A stretch of 52,624 nt of DNA from a virus (IMGVR_UViG_3300045738_000739:1-52624), one strand, 5' to 3'. Shown: positions 38,790 to 49,629, counted from the stretch's first letter. A program made the numbers and translations. Notes: generated by a model from the sequence alone, not told the origin.

Positions 38790-39821
38790 TCAGGATGCTG
38801 CGCCTACCTGTCGGATTGCAGCCATCACGTTTTGAGGGATGTTTCCAGTTTGCTCGAACAATGCCGTTGCATGCGTGATGCGATCCATCGCAGCGTCGTC
38901 AGTCTGCTCACTCGCGTGAATCATGAGAGTCCGAAGACCACTCTTGATGTCACCTTTAGTCAGGTCATCGTTGCTTTCACCGATCACAGACTTCGCGAGC
39001 TGACGCGAAACGACTTGACCAGTCGAAGTTTGAATTGCGCGTCGCGGAGCCGGCGAACCTTCGACGGTCTCGACACGATCGCCCAGACCCTTGATGATTC
39101 CGTCCTGCTCGGCGATCACGTTGCACAGACCTTTCAGCAGAGAGCCCTGCGCCTTCAGCAGCTCGCGCGTTGCGCGACCGTCGCGACACACCTCAGTCTC
39201 GACCGCATCCATACGCTGGTCGATGCCACCGACAAGCGACTTCAGAAAGTCGCTAGCGTCCACGAGGTTCGACGTGTCTTCGTCTTCTCCGAGAACGTCC
39301 GCAACACTCTTGCTCAGAGCCTCGCTATTGTCGTCTTCGTCTTCGTCAGCCCAGAGGCGTCCCAGCTCTTGCCGTTCGCTCTTGGAAATGGTGCCCGAAT
39401 CGAGCCTCGCCTGGAGAAAGGACTCCCGGCTATTGCCGCTTTCCGACAGTGCCTCTTCGACGGCTGTGTACGCTTCGACAGACTTCATCAAATCTGACAC
39501 GGATACGTCGCCCGACTTCTTCGCCTTCTTCTTCTTCTCCATGTCTTCACCTTCTTCTTCCGACTCGTCGTCGTCGTCCGTGTCTTCCTCTTCGTCGTCG
39601 TCGTCGGGGGAATTGTCGCCTTCTTCGACGGGCAGCGCTTTGAAAGTGTCCTCGTCCAGAAGTTCGTCGTCACCGCCCTTTTCGAGCATGATCTCTGAGT
39701 ATGATTTGTACGTCAGATCCGCTGGGCGCATTCCGCGCGCCAGCACTGACAACGCCCGACCTGCTGGGGTGAGCCCGCCTTCGGGATCCGGCTTTCCGAG
39801 TTTCTGACTTGCTGCTGCCAT
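38790..39821 (-). CDS. scaffold-like acidic protein
   Basis: between protease and capsid genes; D/E tract; about 10 [hydrophobic]-x-K-[SAG] sites. Confidence 0.75.
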   Translation of the reverse strand: MAAASQKLGKPDPEGGLTPAGRALSVLARGMRPADLTYKSYSEIMLEKGGDDELLDEDTFKALPVEEGDNSPDDDDEEEDTDDDDESEEEGEDMEKKKKAKKSGDVSVSDLMKSVEAYTAVEEALSESGNSRESFLQARLDSGTISKSERQELGRLWADEDEDDNSEALSKSVADVLGEDEDTSNLVDASDFLKSLVGGIDQRMDAVETEVCRDGRATRELLKAQGSLLKGLCNVIAEQDGIIKGLGDRVETVEGSPAPRRAIQTSTGQVVSRQLAKSVIGESNDDLTKGDIKSGLRTLMIHASEQTDDAAMDRITHATALFEQTGNIPQNVMAAIRQVGAAS

Positions 39822-39823
39822 CG

Positions 39824-40807
39824 TTATCTCCCGCTGTGGCTGGCCCGGTCCACGATCAGTTCGACCTGTTCAGCCGACAATTGAGGTTTCATGGAGCCGA
39901 CAATAAGTCGAGCCTCAGATTTTGTCATCTCCATTTCGACTGGTTCCTTACTGAACTCTGCCATCGCATCGGCCCAATGGTGGGCGTAGTCAATTGTCGT
40001 CATGACTTCAGGCGTAGCCCGCACTCTGGCCGAATTGTCGCCTTTCGTCAAGTGCGGGTTTTTGCCGGCCACACCGCCTTGATTCGGCTGACCGCCATCT
40101 TCGGACGGAACTGCGCTCAGAAACGAGAGCCCGAACTCTTCTGCGATGGCTTTCTTCTTCTTCTTGCGTTTCTTCGGGGTCTTCTTTTGGTCGTACTGAG
40201 AACCGTCCAGTGATTCTGTTCGTAGCGCGAAACCGCTATCGGTCGCGCCTGCTTCGCTGCCGACCGTATGCCCAGCCGACAATGCCTTGGCAAGCGCAAT
40301 CATCTCGGTCGAGGTATTCACCGGGCAGTGCGTGATCGCCACGTTGCGAACTTCGGCGGCGACAATACGCGAATTGTCGTCTTTGTCGCGACGAAGCACC
40401 TTCCCCTCGATGCTGAAGCCAAGCCGTCGCTCTCCTCCAGTTTTCTGGAGTGCGGCGCACAAGTCGTAAACACGGCGACCTTCGTCGGTGTTCAGCAAAT
40501 AACCCTCTGTCCACCAGCCCTTTTTGTCCGCACGGCGGCCATTTGGCAGCATTGCGCCCTTGGTCACTTGATACGCAGCAGTCGGATAGCCCAGGACATC
40601 AACAGTCTTCTGCCCGTGGTTGTCGTTGAACCAGCCATGCGCCAGGAACGGGCTAAAGTCGAGACCGTCTTGGACGACAACCTCTTGCTGGCGATCGAGG
40701 TCTTGCGTGCTGACGACTCCCCCAACGCGCATCGAACAACCGTCTTCAGCTTCAGACTTCTCCCAAACGCTTAGGGGGATGTGGAATTTGAAAGCTCGGT
40801 CAGACAC
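39824..40807 (-). CDS. prohead protease
   Basis: GGVVSTQDLDRQQEVV, GWFNDNH, RLGFSIEG, NVAITHCPVN. Confidence 0.92.
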   Translation of the reverse strand: MSDRAFKFHIPLSVWEKSEAEDGCSMRVGGVVSTQDLDRQQEVVVQDGLDFSPFLAHGWFNDNHGQKTVDVLGYPTAAYQVTKGAMLPNGRRADKKGWWTEGYLLNTDEGRRVYDLCAALQKTGGERRLGFSIEGKVLRRDKDDNSRIVAAEVRNVAITHCPVNTSTEMIALAKALSAGHTVGSEAGATDSGFALRTESLDGSQYDQKKTPKKRKKKKKAIAEEFGLSFLSAVPSEDGGQPNQGGVAGKNPHLTKGDNSARVRATPEVMTTIDYAHHWADAMAEFSKEPVEMEMTKSEARLIVGSMKPQLSAEQVELIVDRASHSGR

Positions 40808-40899
40808 CTGGGATCCTCATCATCGGAGCACCCCGTTGACGACAATTATCGTCGGGCCTTTCACCGTCCTCCGAAGTTTGTCTTGAATTGTCGCCTTTG

Positions 40900-41130
40900 T
40901 CAACCCCGTCGCACACGCAGAGCTGGGATAACACCGGGCTTGTTGGCTAACAACCCCTTGTTGAGCGCACTCGCTACGGCGACAACAACATCTTGTTTGC
41001 AGCTAGGACACGGGCCATGGATCTCACCGTTGTCGGGGTCCACGAGCACGATGCCCAAGCGGAGCCGAAATCCGCCATCGGTAGCTGCGCCACCAATCGA
41101 CTTGCAGCAATGCGGGCATCGAATCTTCAT
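40900..41130 (-). CDS. small zinc-ribbon protein (Com-like)
   Basis: TGATG overlap at 41130; MKIRCPHC...CPSCKQ. Confidence 0.65.
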   Translation of the reverse strand: MKIRCPHCCKSIGGAATDGGFRLRLGIVLVDPDNGEIHGPCPSCKQDVVVAVASALNKGLLANKPGVIPALRVRRG

Positions 41131-41468
41131 CAGTAAACCTGAAGCCCCAGCACACCCGCAGCCGAAGCTACCCGCGAACCCATGTGGCAGCGGTGAACGG
41201 AGCACGCCTTGGCGACTCCACGAAGCACCCTCTGTAGCCCGTCAGAGCCGTGGTGGCGCATGATGTACGCGCAGGTTGACTGGTGCTCCAGCCAGTCAAC
41301 CAGCCAGTCCAGACGGTTGGAGTCCCCTTCCTCGTAGAGCCGGTCGAATGCCGAGATGTTGGGCAGGGGTAGATCGACCTCGCCGGGCAGCCCGGTCGGT
41401 CCAGCTGACCAGAGAACGTGCTCCAAGCGTAGCCCTCTTGGAAGCTCAAACTGTTTGCTGTGTGGCAT
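41130..41468 (-). CDS. hypothetical protein
   Basis: AAGGAG RBS + ATG 41468 overlapping the end of the giant gene. Confidence 0.65.
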   Translation of the reverse strand: MPHSKQFELPRGLRLEHVLWSAGPTGLPGEVDLPLPNISAFDRLYEEGDSNRLDWLVDWLEHQSTCAYIMRHHGSDGLQRVLRGVAKACSVHRCHMGSRVASAAGVLGLQVY

Positions 41469-44400
41469 CGTCATCTCCTTTCATGAGTTTGCGAGCAAAG
41501 TCGAAAACTAGGCGAATCGCCTTGGTGATAACAGTGCTGCTAGCCTTGGACAGCGACAGTGAATCGACCTGCTCAAAATGGCCCGCGACCGAGAAGTCTG
41601 TACCTTCCTGCACGTTTCGGATGATCTGTTCAAAGCTGATCTTGCGGCTTCTGCCCATCGCTCGGGTGCGCCGCTCAGTCGCAACGGGGTGCTCTTTCTC
41701 GTAGCCGGTAAAAACGCGCTGTGGGTCCGGTTTCTCACCATCCACCTTTTTCGGATGGTGAACATGAACCTGGCCAACATTCCCAGATGTGCCCAGCACT
41801 CGCACGTTGACGAGGTATTTCTTCGTTTTAAGCACCGCTCGATCTTCGGGAGTCAGCATGTCGATGAGGCGATTCTGGACATCGTCGTTGGAAACGATGC
41901 CACCCATCGGGCCAGCCTTCATAGCCTGCTCAACTTCGTCCCGCTTATCCTCCATCCAAGTAAAAATCTCGTCAGCTCGAATCGCGAGGTACACCGCAGC
42001 AGCATCGTGCGAACCCGTGCCCGTCGCGGGGTCGTGCTGAACGAAGCCTGCATCCATGACAGCCTTTCGCTCCGCTTCGGAGAGTTGGTAAATCGTGTCG
42101 CCGACTGTCACCGCTTTGCCGTCTAGCGCGTCACGCACTGCGCTCTCAGCATTGACGCAGTGCATAGGCCCGCCACGCGCTAGCGAGGCGTAAGTGCCTG
42201 ACTCAATCTTTTCGGCGAGGTCTACCATCTCCCCCTGCGGAATCGAGATCACTGTTCCGGTACCGCCAGGGATTTTCCGTTTATTCAGCTCATTTAAGAG
42301 CTGATACTGGGTGTTTGCGCCAAGCGTGGCCGCCGTCGCGCACTTGTTGGCCAATAACGTCCACTCGGCAGCAAGCCGGCGTATCTGGGAGCGCGATTCG
42401 CTGGACGGTGGGGCTCCAGGGCAAAGGCGAGTGCGATAATCCTCAGACACCTCAAGACAGCGTGTGCGGATCAACGACAAGGCACCCTCGAACTGCATAC
42501 TTTTAAGCTGCTCGCCTTCGCGTCCAGCGATAGGCCCATTCAAAGTGAGCTTGCCGATATGGCCGACTGGGCGGTCACGCGGACCCGCCTCAAAGATGGC
42601 AGCTTCCATATTTCTGATCTTGCTGAATGGCCCGCTACCGTCGTACTTGGGCCGACCCTTGTCGTCGTACTCCTGAACCATGAACGGGATCTTCTTGCCG
42701 TTCTCGTCCAACTTCGGTTGATTCTGGTCGTCGGTCTCCCAAACAGATTCACCCTTGTGATTCTTCTTCTGAGACATGATGGCGCGACCCAACAGCTTAC
42801 CTTTGACGGCTGCCGGCAGCATCCGCGCGCACCGGGTCGTCCGCTGATCCTCTGCCATCGGGCTCGCCAACGTGTCGTACTTGAGCATTTCGGTGGCATT
42901 ACCGAGATTCATTCCAACCTGCGCAGCATCGGAACAAACGATGACCTCGCAGTTGTTGAAAACCGTCGTCTGCTTAGACGACAATACAGGCGTGTCAGTC
43001 GCACCCTGTTTTGCCAATGCGGTGTACTCTTCTTTCAACGATTGAAGTTCTCTCTTCGCACCCTTCTGGTCGTCGTCAGCCATCTTGTTCGGATCCCCAA
43101 TCTTGGCGATTCGACTCAAAATAGCAGCAGAGCGTTTCGTCCCGTTAAAAGCACGCTTCTCTGTCGTACCATCGCCTTTGGAAACCAAAACGAACGACTC
43201 CGGTGCTTCGATCTTGAACTGCGCGAAAATCTGACTGCGCTGCTCTGCCGTCCACTGGCTAAGCGCAACGTCGTCGGGAGGCTTGCGGTCACCTGGATAG
43301 AGCATCCAGTTCGATTCGTATTCTTTGCCCTTATCCCCAAACACACCCTTCGCGTCCTTCCACGTACTCGCGGGACGGGGCTCAGTGCATTTATGGACAA
43401 AGAGAGAGACCTCGGAATCGCGCTGTAGTGCATCTTTGACCTTCTGGAAGATCGCGACATTCAGCTCACGATCGCCTGTATAGGTCGCGCCAATATAGGT
43501 GACAAAATACTTGTCGTTGGGACTACCATTCTTGGTCGTCTTGTCCTCGGGATCGTAATGCGGCGAACCTTCGAGAACTTCGTTCACATCCCGAAAGCCC
43601 ATCTGCCGCATCTTCGCTTCCATTGTGCGGCACGAGTCGAGAATGCTGTTACCGAACATAACTAGCTGACGCGCGCCATCCGGTCCTGCCTTCCCACCCT
43701 GGCTATAGAACCGGGTGACGTGATCCTCCAGCTCATCCGCCTTCGCGTTCTGGTGGGTACACGCTATGTCGAACTTGTTGCGCTCAGCACGCATGCCGGG
43801 GTCAAAGATGCTTTTGACGAGTGCCGAAACATCCTTTTCCTTGACGATCAAAACCTCGCCGGTCCCAAGCACGCGAACACCCGCTTGACCCACTGGTGCT
43901 GCGATGTCGGGATCATACCGAAACTGCGGAGGCACCCAGTTCTTACGCGCCTCTTTCGCAGCCTCGCGCTCTTCGGGTTGCAAACCGCGTGGCACTCCCG
44001 GCGGAACGATACCCGCAGCCTTCATCGCGCTAGCCGACAATTGGACTAGAGCACCCGACCTGACTGCCGCGAAACCTTCCTTGCTCAGATCCTTGGGCCT
44101 GTGATTCTTCTCATCCCAGTCTTTCGGCATGAAGACCACATGCTGCGATCCTTTGGGATCCGAAATCCAATTGTCGTCGGTCGTGAGCTGAACCGGATCG
44201 CCGCTGTGGTCGGCTGACCACGACTGCTCAATGATCGTAGGCGAAGGGTGGATCTGGAGCAGCGCTCGACCTTCCTCCAGCGAGATCCCAAGACGGTTGC
44301 AGACGTTCTGGAGACCTTCCTCCCAATCCCCGTCAGGCGGCTCAAGCTGAAGCTCCGTGCGCAGCGCACGCTGAAAGTGCAGCGCTCGGTCGATCTCATC

Positions 44401-47400
44401 GACCCGTGCAGCCCGCTGCCCCAGCAAAGCCTTCTGGGCACTGCCAGAGGACCGCCTGATGCGCTCGTTGATCTCGTCCAGCCAGTTGATCCCGTGACCG
44501 CGAAAACGCACACCCAGCTCACCCGCGTCGGGGTTCTCGATCTTCTTGCCTAGTGGCGCATCCCAGCCAGCATCGACCATGCGCTTCAAAGCTACCTTCG
44601 TCTGTGCTGCCGTGGGCTTGCCTGTGCCCTTGTAACCCGGCATCCCGGTGCCGATCCACTTGCCCGCAAGCTCAGCATACGGCTGCCCCAGAACTTCCTG
44701 GCAGTACAGATCATAGACGGCAGCCTGCTCAGGTCCGATCTCCTCGATGCGCTTAAACTTCCCTTTCGCAGTGCCTCTGGACTTGTCCATCAGTTCCGAA
44801 GGTCGGAACGTGGTGAAGTCAACCCGTGAGTTTGATTCACCACCCGACTTGTTAAAAGTGACCGTCGTCACCCTAATAAACTTCTCGGGATTGCCCGCTT
44901 TATATCCAATACAATTGGTGATCGCCTTGGCTGCCTTCGTCAGCTTACGTGTCTCCTCGTCACTGATGCGGTCGATCTCTTCCGGGTCAAGTCCAGCTCC
45001 ACCCGTATCCGAACCTAGTGACGCCATATACAGGTTGAACAGCGTTTCCTGGATGCCCTTCATCTCTGCGAACTTGCTCTCCTCTGTACGGACACCGGGG
45101 AGAACCTTGCCTCGCACATCCTTCGGTAAAGCTATGTCCATCCACTTCGCGAGAATGGCCGCAAGCTCACCCATCTTTTCCGCCTTAACCGACAGCTTTG
45201 CACCCTTTCCAGATTCGCCAAGCTGCCCAGGAACGGGCGTCTCCTCCAAATACTCGTCAATGAATTTCTTGCTGGTCATGTCGGGCCATTCTTTGCCCTT
45301 CGACAATAACCGCACATACTCAACGAAGTCGGTCGGTGATGTCGTCATCGGAGTGCCGGTCAACAACATCAGCATCTTCATGTCGTCATTCCACTCACGC
45401 ACTACACGATTTCTCTCAGCCGTTTCATTCTTGATGCCCATGTGAACCTCGTCCACGATCAGCCCATCGAATCCACACTGCTTGAGTTTGGCCGCATGCT
45501 TCGTAAAATACTCAGGACCGACGACAACCAGATCGCCGCGCGAACTATCTTTCATCGCAAGAAATTCATCTGCTGAAATATCGCCTGACCCGCGACCGAC
45601 CACTTGCGCTCCCTCATCGAAATCGGCACATGCTTTACGCCACTGCTCAACGGTGTTGAGCGGAGCGACAACCAGCACACGCTTCGGATTACCCGGATTG
45701 CGCCGCGTATTGTCGAAAGGATTATTCTCGTACCAATCTTTGATGTCCTCCGCTGTCATCTTGGCTTTCTCAGCCGATGAGAGCTTCGCGCGAGCAGGAC
45801 GTTCCATCATCATTTTCGCGGCGACAATTGCGGAGACAGTCTTGCCCGTGCCCATATAATGAGCAGCAAGAACTCGACCATCGTTGTCTATCATTTTCTG
45901 AAGCAGCTTTTGCTGATGGCCGCCCAACGTGAACTCTTCGCCCGATGGCAAACGCTTGTTGAGCCCTGCGCCCCAATTGTCGGCGAGATTTGCGGGATCG
46001 ATCTCAGCCAACGACATCTCGTGCGCGTCAGCCGACATCGACTTCTCAGCATCCACAAGATGATCAATGCGCTGCTTCAGATAAGTGTCCACCTCGCCAG
46101 TCAACGAAAGCCCACCAAGCATCTTCCGCAACTCGGGGAAGCGGTCAGCTGGAACCTCGACCGCAGTGATCTCACCCCTCAAACCTGGAACTAGCTCTGG
46201 GCCTTGATCGGCAGCAACCGCTCCTTGGATGGCGAGGATGGAATCGGCGGACACACGTCCGTTCTTCGGTAGCTTGACCCGCAAACTCTTGTGCATCGTC
46301 GCGCCCGTTCTCGGATCGACATCGTGGTGCATGTAGACCAGCACCTCATTTTCGAGAGCTTCTGGCGTGTGTGAGCCCTTTGGCCAGCTCGTTGAAGAAC
46401 GAACTGCGTCCTCACCGTAGCGAATAAAAGTACGACCCGGCGTGCCGCCGCCGACTTCGCCTTTGAAGAGGTAAGCAGTCGGATACGCTTTCGCCTTCTC
46501 CGATTTGTACGTCGATCGGTACGCCGCCATCGCGGGGACGAAGTGGGCATTGAACCACTCTCGATACACGTCGCCGCCATTGTACCACTCGGGAAGAAGA
46601 CCCTGTTTGATGTAGCCCTTCTCAGCCTTGGTGAGCTTCTGCCCATCGGGAACCGGGTGCGACGGCGTCAAGTTTGGGATGTAGTTCCCAGCCAAATCCT
46701 TGGGCATGCGATCCCAACCAGGCTTTGGCGGCGCTTCACCGGCTTTCTTACCCATGATGATCCGCTCAAGACGAGCGACAACCGTCTTGTCCTCAATGAC
46801 CGGATCTGTTTTAGCAGTGGCGTCGATCAGAACACGCGAACCCTTTGTAGGCAGCGCACCCTTTGGCGGCTTTGCAGGCGGGTTGAGTGTGATCTGCTGC
46901 GCACCGATGACAGCGCGTGCGCCTTCACGAAAAGCGAAGATCGGATCGTCCTTCAGCAAGTCGTCGATGCGCGGCTCATCTTTGCCAAGACGACTCGCCC
47001 ATTCCTTGCCCATGATCTTGGGCTGGCCGGAACCATCGTACTCGACCTGCATGTGGTAGACGTGTTCGCAGTCGCCCTTCTTCCCCATCTTCCATTTGCC
47101 GTTAGCCTTCTGAATGCGCTCACGGTCAGTGCGAACAGAGATCCAAGTAGTGCGCTTTTCAGCAGCCGCCTTCTTGCAGAAACGACGCAAATCGTCGGCA
47201 GAGTTGATCGACTCACCATACGGAGTAAGCAACGCTGACCACATTGGATCGGAGACTCGGAAGCCTGTCCCCCTGGGATCGCGATGGCAGTCAATTGTCG
47301 TCGTCGTTCCATCCGGGTTGTCATTCACAAAACGCTTGGAATCGAAAATGGGCTCGACCTTGCCGGTCACATGGTTGACAGCCGTCACCACATCAGCACG

Positions 47401-49629
47401 GGTGAAATGTCCCTTGGCGTTACGCGCCATTTTGATCTTGATTCCAGGCTGCTTTTTGCGCAGCTTGGTCAGCGCAAGACGCTTCTGCTCGTCTGTCTGC
47501 GCGCGTTGCCACGCGCGCATCTCGGACTCGCCCGCCGTGTCCCAACGGTCGTAAGAGAACGTGCCAGACCTCTGACGGAACTCGCGACAGGTAAGCTCGT
47601 GCGGGCGCATAAGCGCAGGCTTTGGCGGTTTGCCGTTAGCGTCGTTGTAAGCCGCCTCCATCTTAGCCAGCTCATCGGCAGTCGCCTTACGTTCTGGCTT
47701 CTTGAGCGTCCACGCTTTGCCGCTCTTGATCGCAACAACACCCTTCTCAAGTGCTTTTTCGAGTAAGGCTTGACCGGCAGTAGTCGTATCGCGCAGAAGG
47801 AATTTTGGACCCATCTTGTCCACCAAGGCTTGGACCTTGGCTGCCTTGGCTGCGGACACTTTAGAACCCGACTTCTTACTCTTGAGACCTGTCGGGAGAT
47901 CGAGAATGTCTTGCAGCGTAACGTCGAGCTTTTTGCCTTTGACAGTAACCTGCGCAATCTTCGCTTTGGGGTCGTCGAACTGGTCCTGCATCAGATGCCA
48001 GTAGATCAAATCCCGATCAAGAGGCTGACGGTTTTCGTCAAATACCTCTTTGATGTCCTCTGCCCTGATCACTGCGTTATTGGACGACTGACTCGGATCA
48101 GACGGATCCCAGTTAGGCTTTCCCATGTCCCCATCAACCGACTGTTTGCCATAACGGAAATAAATCGTCCTACCCCGATAAGACATCTCGAAGAATCGAT
48201 CATGCAGCCGCTTCGTCTGACGACCGATTTTGTCTTCGTCAGGCGGATCCGCGACGTACTGAGTCTCGCTAGTCTGCGGGGGACGCGGAACAGCCTGGAT
48301 CAGCTTGGCCACTGGCTTGACTTCTTTTCCGGCGAACCAGGCCAACCTCTCATCCTCGAAATCCATCTCGTCCAACCCGTCCAACTTGTCGAGTCTCTTT
48401 TGGACGGCAGCCTTGTCGGCTGGGCTCCGCGCTGTATCAAGCTCAGCCTTTAGCTTCTCGATCCCAACCTTGTCGGTCGTGAGCGGAAACATCTCATCGG
48501 CACCGATGAATTGTCGCATCCACTCATACGTCTTCGGGCAGCTCACGGACATCTGCTTCGGGTACAGGATCGAACAGGAAAAGCTCTCAGCGAACCGCTC
48601 CTTCATGTGGACATCACGACCCTTTTGAGTGATCTCAGCGTAAGCCGTGATTCCCGGCTCTTTGCCCTTACCCACGAGGTTCTTCTCGAAGAACGAAACC
48701 CAGTCCTTCCAAAGAGGCCCGTCATAATCCGGCCCCATATCGTTCGGACCTCGCGCACCCATCTTGTTGTGGATCGCGTGCGCCATCTCATGGACCAGAA
48801 TATCTACAGAAGATGTGCCCGCATCGAACTGAGGAAGATGCTCCCCTCTCGGAGCGATCCTAGAACCACCCCAGGCGGGCTGTTTTACCCCTTTCCCCGG
48901 CGTCTTCCCCGACCAAGATCCGTCTGCGCCAGTCAGGTCGAGTCCCAATACGATCTTTGAACCCTGAGTCCCCCAGCCTCCAGCCATGCAATAAGCCGAA
49001 GCAGAACCACGACGGAGATAAGCGTCTTCGTCCTTGGTCGTCACCAGAAGCTCGGAAATAGAGCCGGAAAAATGCTTGCGTATATTCGACGGGATCTGCC
49101 GGAACCCTAAGTCGAGAATCCTGAGAGCGTGGATCTTCTGCCCGTACAATTCGTCGGGCTCACCTCCCAAGTCCGCATAATGTTCCTCGACCGCATCCTT
49201 GAAAACCGACTGCGCTACAGGCGACAATACAATCTCGGGCGGCTTGTCCCACGCTAGAAACTCGGTGACCAGATCCACGGTCAAATCTTTTAACTCGGTA
49301 CGCGCCGCACGCAGCTCCGGGTGATCGCCCTTAAACTCGGAGCGCAGACCACCCTCATGCTCTTCGACAGGAGCCTGCGGGGCTTTGCCTTGCAGCTTCT
49401 TAACCTGCTTCTTCTTGCGCTTGATCTTGCGCGCCTGCGACTCCAAGAACTGCTTCCGACCCTCTTCGTTGTCGTAGTAGTATTTCCACCGGAGCTTGCC
49501 CTGCGACATCGTGCGGACTCGACGCCAGTATTTGTGCCCTGCTTGCGCGCCTCGTGCGAAGCCAACGCCCGCTTTCTCAAGCTCGTCGGGTGTGTACGTG
49601 GGATGATCCAAATTAAGCCCGAACTTCAT
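41446..49629 (-). CDS. giant polyvalent protein: zincin metallopeptidase + SNF2-family ATPase (DarB-like architecture)
   Basis: GGAGG + ATG 49629; HEMAH...ERFAESF...CPKTYEW; HYMGTGKT, IVDEVH, LLTGTP, SDAAQVGMNL, EDQRTTRCAR. Confidence 0.88.
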   Translation of the reverse strand: MKFGLNLDHPTYTPDELEKAGVGFARGAQAGHKYWRRVRTMSQGKLRWKYYYDNEEGRKQFLESQARKIKRKKKQVKKLQGKAPQAPVEEHEGGLRSEFKGDHPELRAARTELKDLTVDLVTEFLAWDKPPEIVLSPVAQSVFKDAVEEHYADLGGEPDELYGQKIHALRILDLGFRQIPSNIRKHFSGSISELLVTTKDEDAYLRRGSASAYCMAGGWGTQGSKIVLGLDLTGADGSWSGKTPGKGVKQPAWGGSRIAPRGEHLPQFDAGTSSVDILVHEMAHAIHNKMGARGPNDMGPDYDGPLWKDWVSFFEKNLVGKGKEPGITAYAEITQKGRDVHMKERFAESFSCSILYPKQMSVSCPKTYEWMRQFIGADEMFPLTTDKVGIEKLKAELDTARSPADKAAVQKRLDKLDGLDEMDFEDERLAWFAGKEVKPVAKLIQAVPRPPQTSETQYVADPPDEDKIGRQTKRLHDRFFEMSYRGRTIYFRYGKQSVDGDMGKPNWDPSDPSQSSNNAVIRAEDIKEVFDENRQPLDRDLIYWHLMQDQFDDPKAKIAQVTVKGKKLDVTLQDILDLPTGLKSKKSGSKVSAAKAAKVQALVDKMGPKFLLRDTTTAGQALLEKALEKGVVAIKSGKAWTLKKPERKATADELAKMEAAYNDANGKPPKPALMRPHELTCREFRQRSGTFSYDRWDTAGESEMRAWQRAQTDEQKRLALTKLRKKQPGIKIKMARNAKGHFTRADVVTAVNHVTGKVEPIFDSKRFVNDNPDGTTTTIDCHRDPRGTGFRVSDPMWSALLTPYGESINSADDLRRFCKKAAAEKRTTWISVRTDRERIQKANGKWKMGKKGDCEHVYHMQVEYDGSGQPKIMGKEWASRLGKDEPRIDDLLKDDPIFAFREGARAVIGAQQITLNPPAKPPKGALPTKGSRVLIDATAKTDPVIEDKTVVARLERIIMGKKAGEAPPKPGWDRMPKDLAGNYIPNLTPSHPVPDGQKLTKAEKGYIKQGLLPEWYNGGDVYREWFNAHFVPAMAAYRSTYKSEKAKAYPTAYLFKGEVGGGTPGRTFIRYGEDAVRSSTSWPKGSHTPEALENEVLVYMHHDVDPRTGATMHKSLRVKLPKNGRVSADSILAIQGAVAADQGPELVPGLRGEITAVEVPADRFPELRKMLGGLSLTGEVDTYLKQRIDHLVDAEKSMSADAHEMSLAEIDPANLADNWGAGLNKRLPSGEEFTLGGHQQKLLQKMIDNDGRVLAAHYMGTGKTVSAIVAAKMMMERPARAKLSSAEKAKMTAEDIKDWYENNPFDNTRRNPGNPKRVLVVAPLNTVEQWRKACADFDEGAQVVGRGSGDISADEFLAMKDSSRGDLVVVGPEYFTKHAAKLKQCGFDGLIVDEVHMGIKNETAERNRVVREWNDDMKMLMLLTGTPMTTSPTDFVEYVRLLSKGKEWPDMTSKKFIDEYLEETPVPGQLGESGKGAKLSVKAEKMGELAAILAKWMDIALPKDVRGKVLPGVRTEESKFAEMKGIQETLFNLYMASLGSDTGGAGLDPEEIDRISDEETRKLTKAAKAITNCIGYKAGNPEKFIRVTTVTFNKSGGESNSRVDFTTFRPSELMDKSRGTAKGKFKRIEEIGPEQAAVYDLYCQEVLGQPYAELAGKWIGTGMPGYKGTGKPTAAQTKVALKRMVDAGWDAPLGKKIENPDAGELGVRFRGHGINWLDEINERIRRSSGSAQKALLGQRAARVDEIDRALHFQRALRTELQLEPPDGDWEEGLQNVCNRLGISLEEGRALLQIHPSPTIIEQSWSADHSGDPVQLTTDDNWISDPKGSQHVVFMPKDWDEKNHRPKDLSKEGFAAVRSGALVQLSASAMKAAGIVPPGVPRGLQPEEREAAKEARKNWVPPQFRYDPDIAAPVGQAGVRVLGTGEVLIVKEKDVSALVKSIFDPGMRAERNKFDIACTHQNAKADELEDHVTRFYSQGGKAGPDGARQLVMFGNSILDSCRTMEAKMRQMGFRDVNEVLEGSPHYDPEDKTTKNGSPNDKYFVTYIGATYTGDRELNVAIFQKVKDALQRDSEVSLFVHKCTEPRPASTWKDAKGVFGDKGKEYESNWMLYPGDRKPPDDVALSQWTAEQRSQIFAQFKIEAPESFVLVSKGDGTTEKRAFNGTKRSAAILSRIAKIGDPNKMADDDQKGAKRELQSLKEEYTALAKQGATDTPVLSSKQTTVFNNCEVIVCSDAAQVGMNLGNATEMLKYDTLASPMAEDQRTTRCARMLPAAVKGKLLGRAIMSQKKNHKGESVWETDDQNQPKLDENGKKIPFMVQEYDDKGRPKYDGSGPFSKIRNMEAAIFEAGPRDRPVGHIGKLTLNGPIAGREGEQLKSMQFEGALSLIRTRCLEVSEDYRTRLCPGAPPSSESRSQIRRLAAEWTLLANKCATAATLGANTQYQLLNELNKRKIPGGTGTVISIPQGEMVDLAEKIESGTYASLARGGPMHCVNAESAVRDALDGKAVTVGDTIYQLSEAERKAVMDAGFVQHDPATGTGSHDAAAVYLAIRADEIFTWMEDKRDEVEQAMKAGPMGGIVSNDDVQNRLIDMLTPEDRAVLKTKKYLVNVRVLGTSGNVGQVHVHHPKKVDGEKPDPQRVFTGYEKEHPVATERRTRAMGRSRKISFEQIIRNVQEGTDFSVAGHFEQVDSLSLSKASSTVITKAIRLVFDFARKLMKGDDDATQQTV

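Noticed and set aside
42950-45100. Intein splitting the SNF2 lobes
   Set aside because: I could not identify an intein N-terminal block, an HN-[CST] junction or LAGLIDADG motifs.
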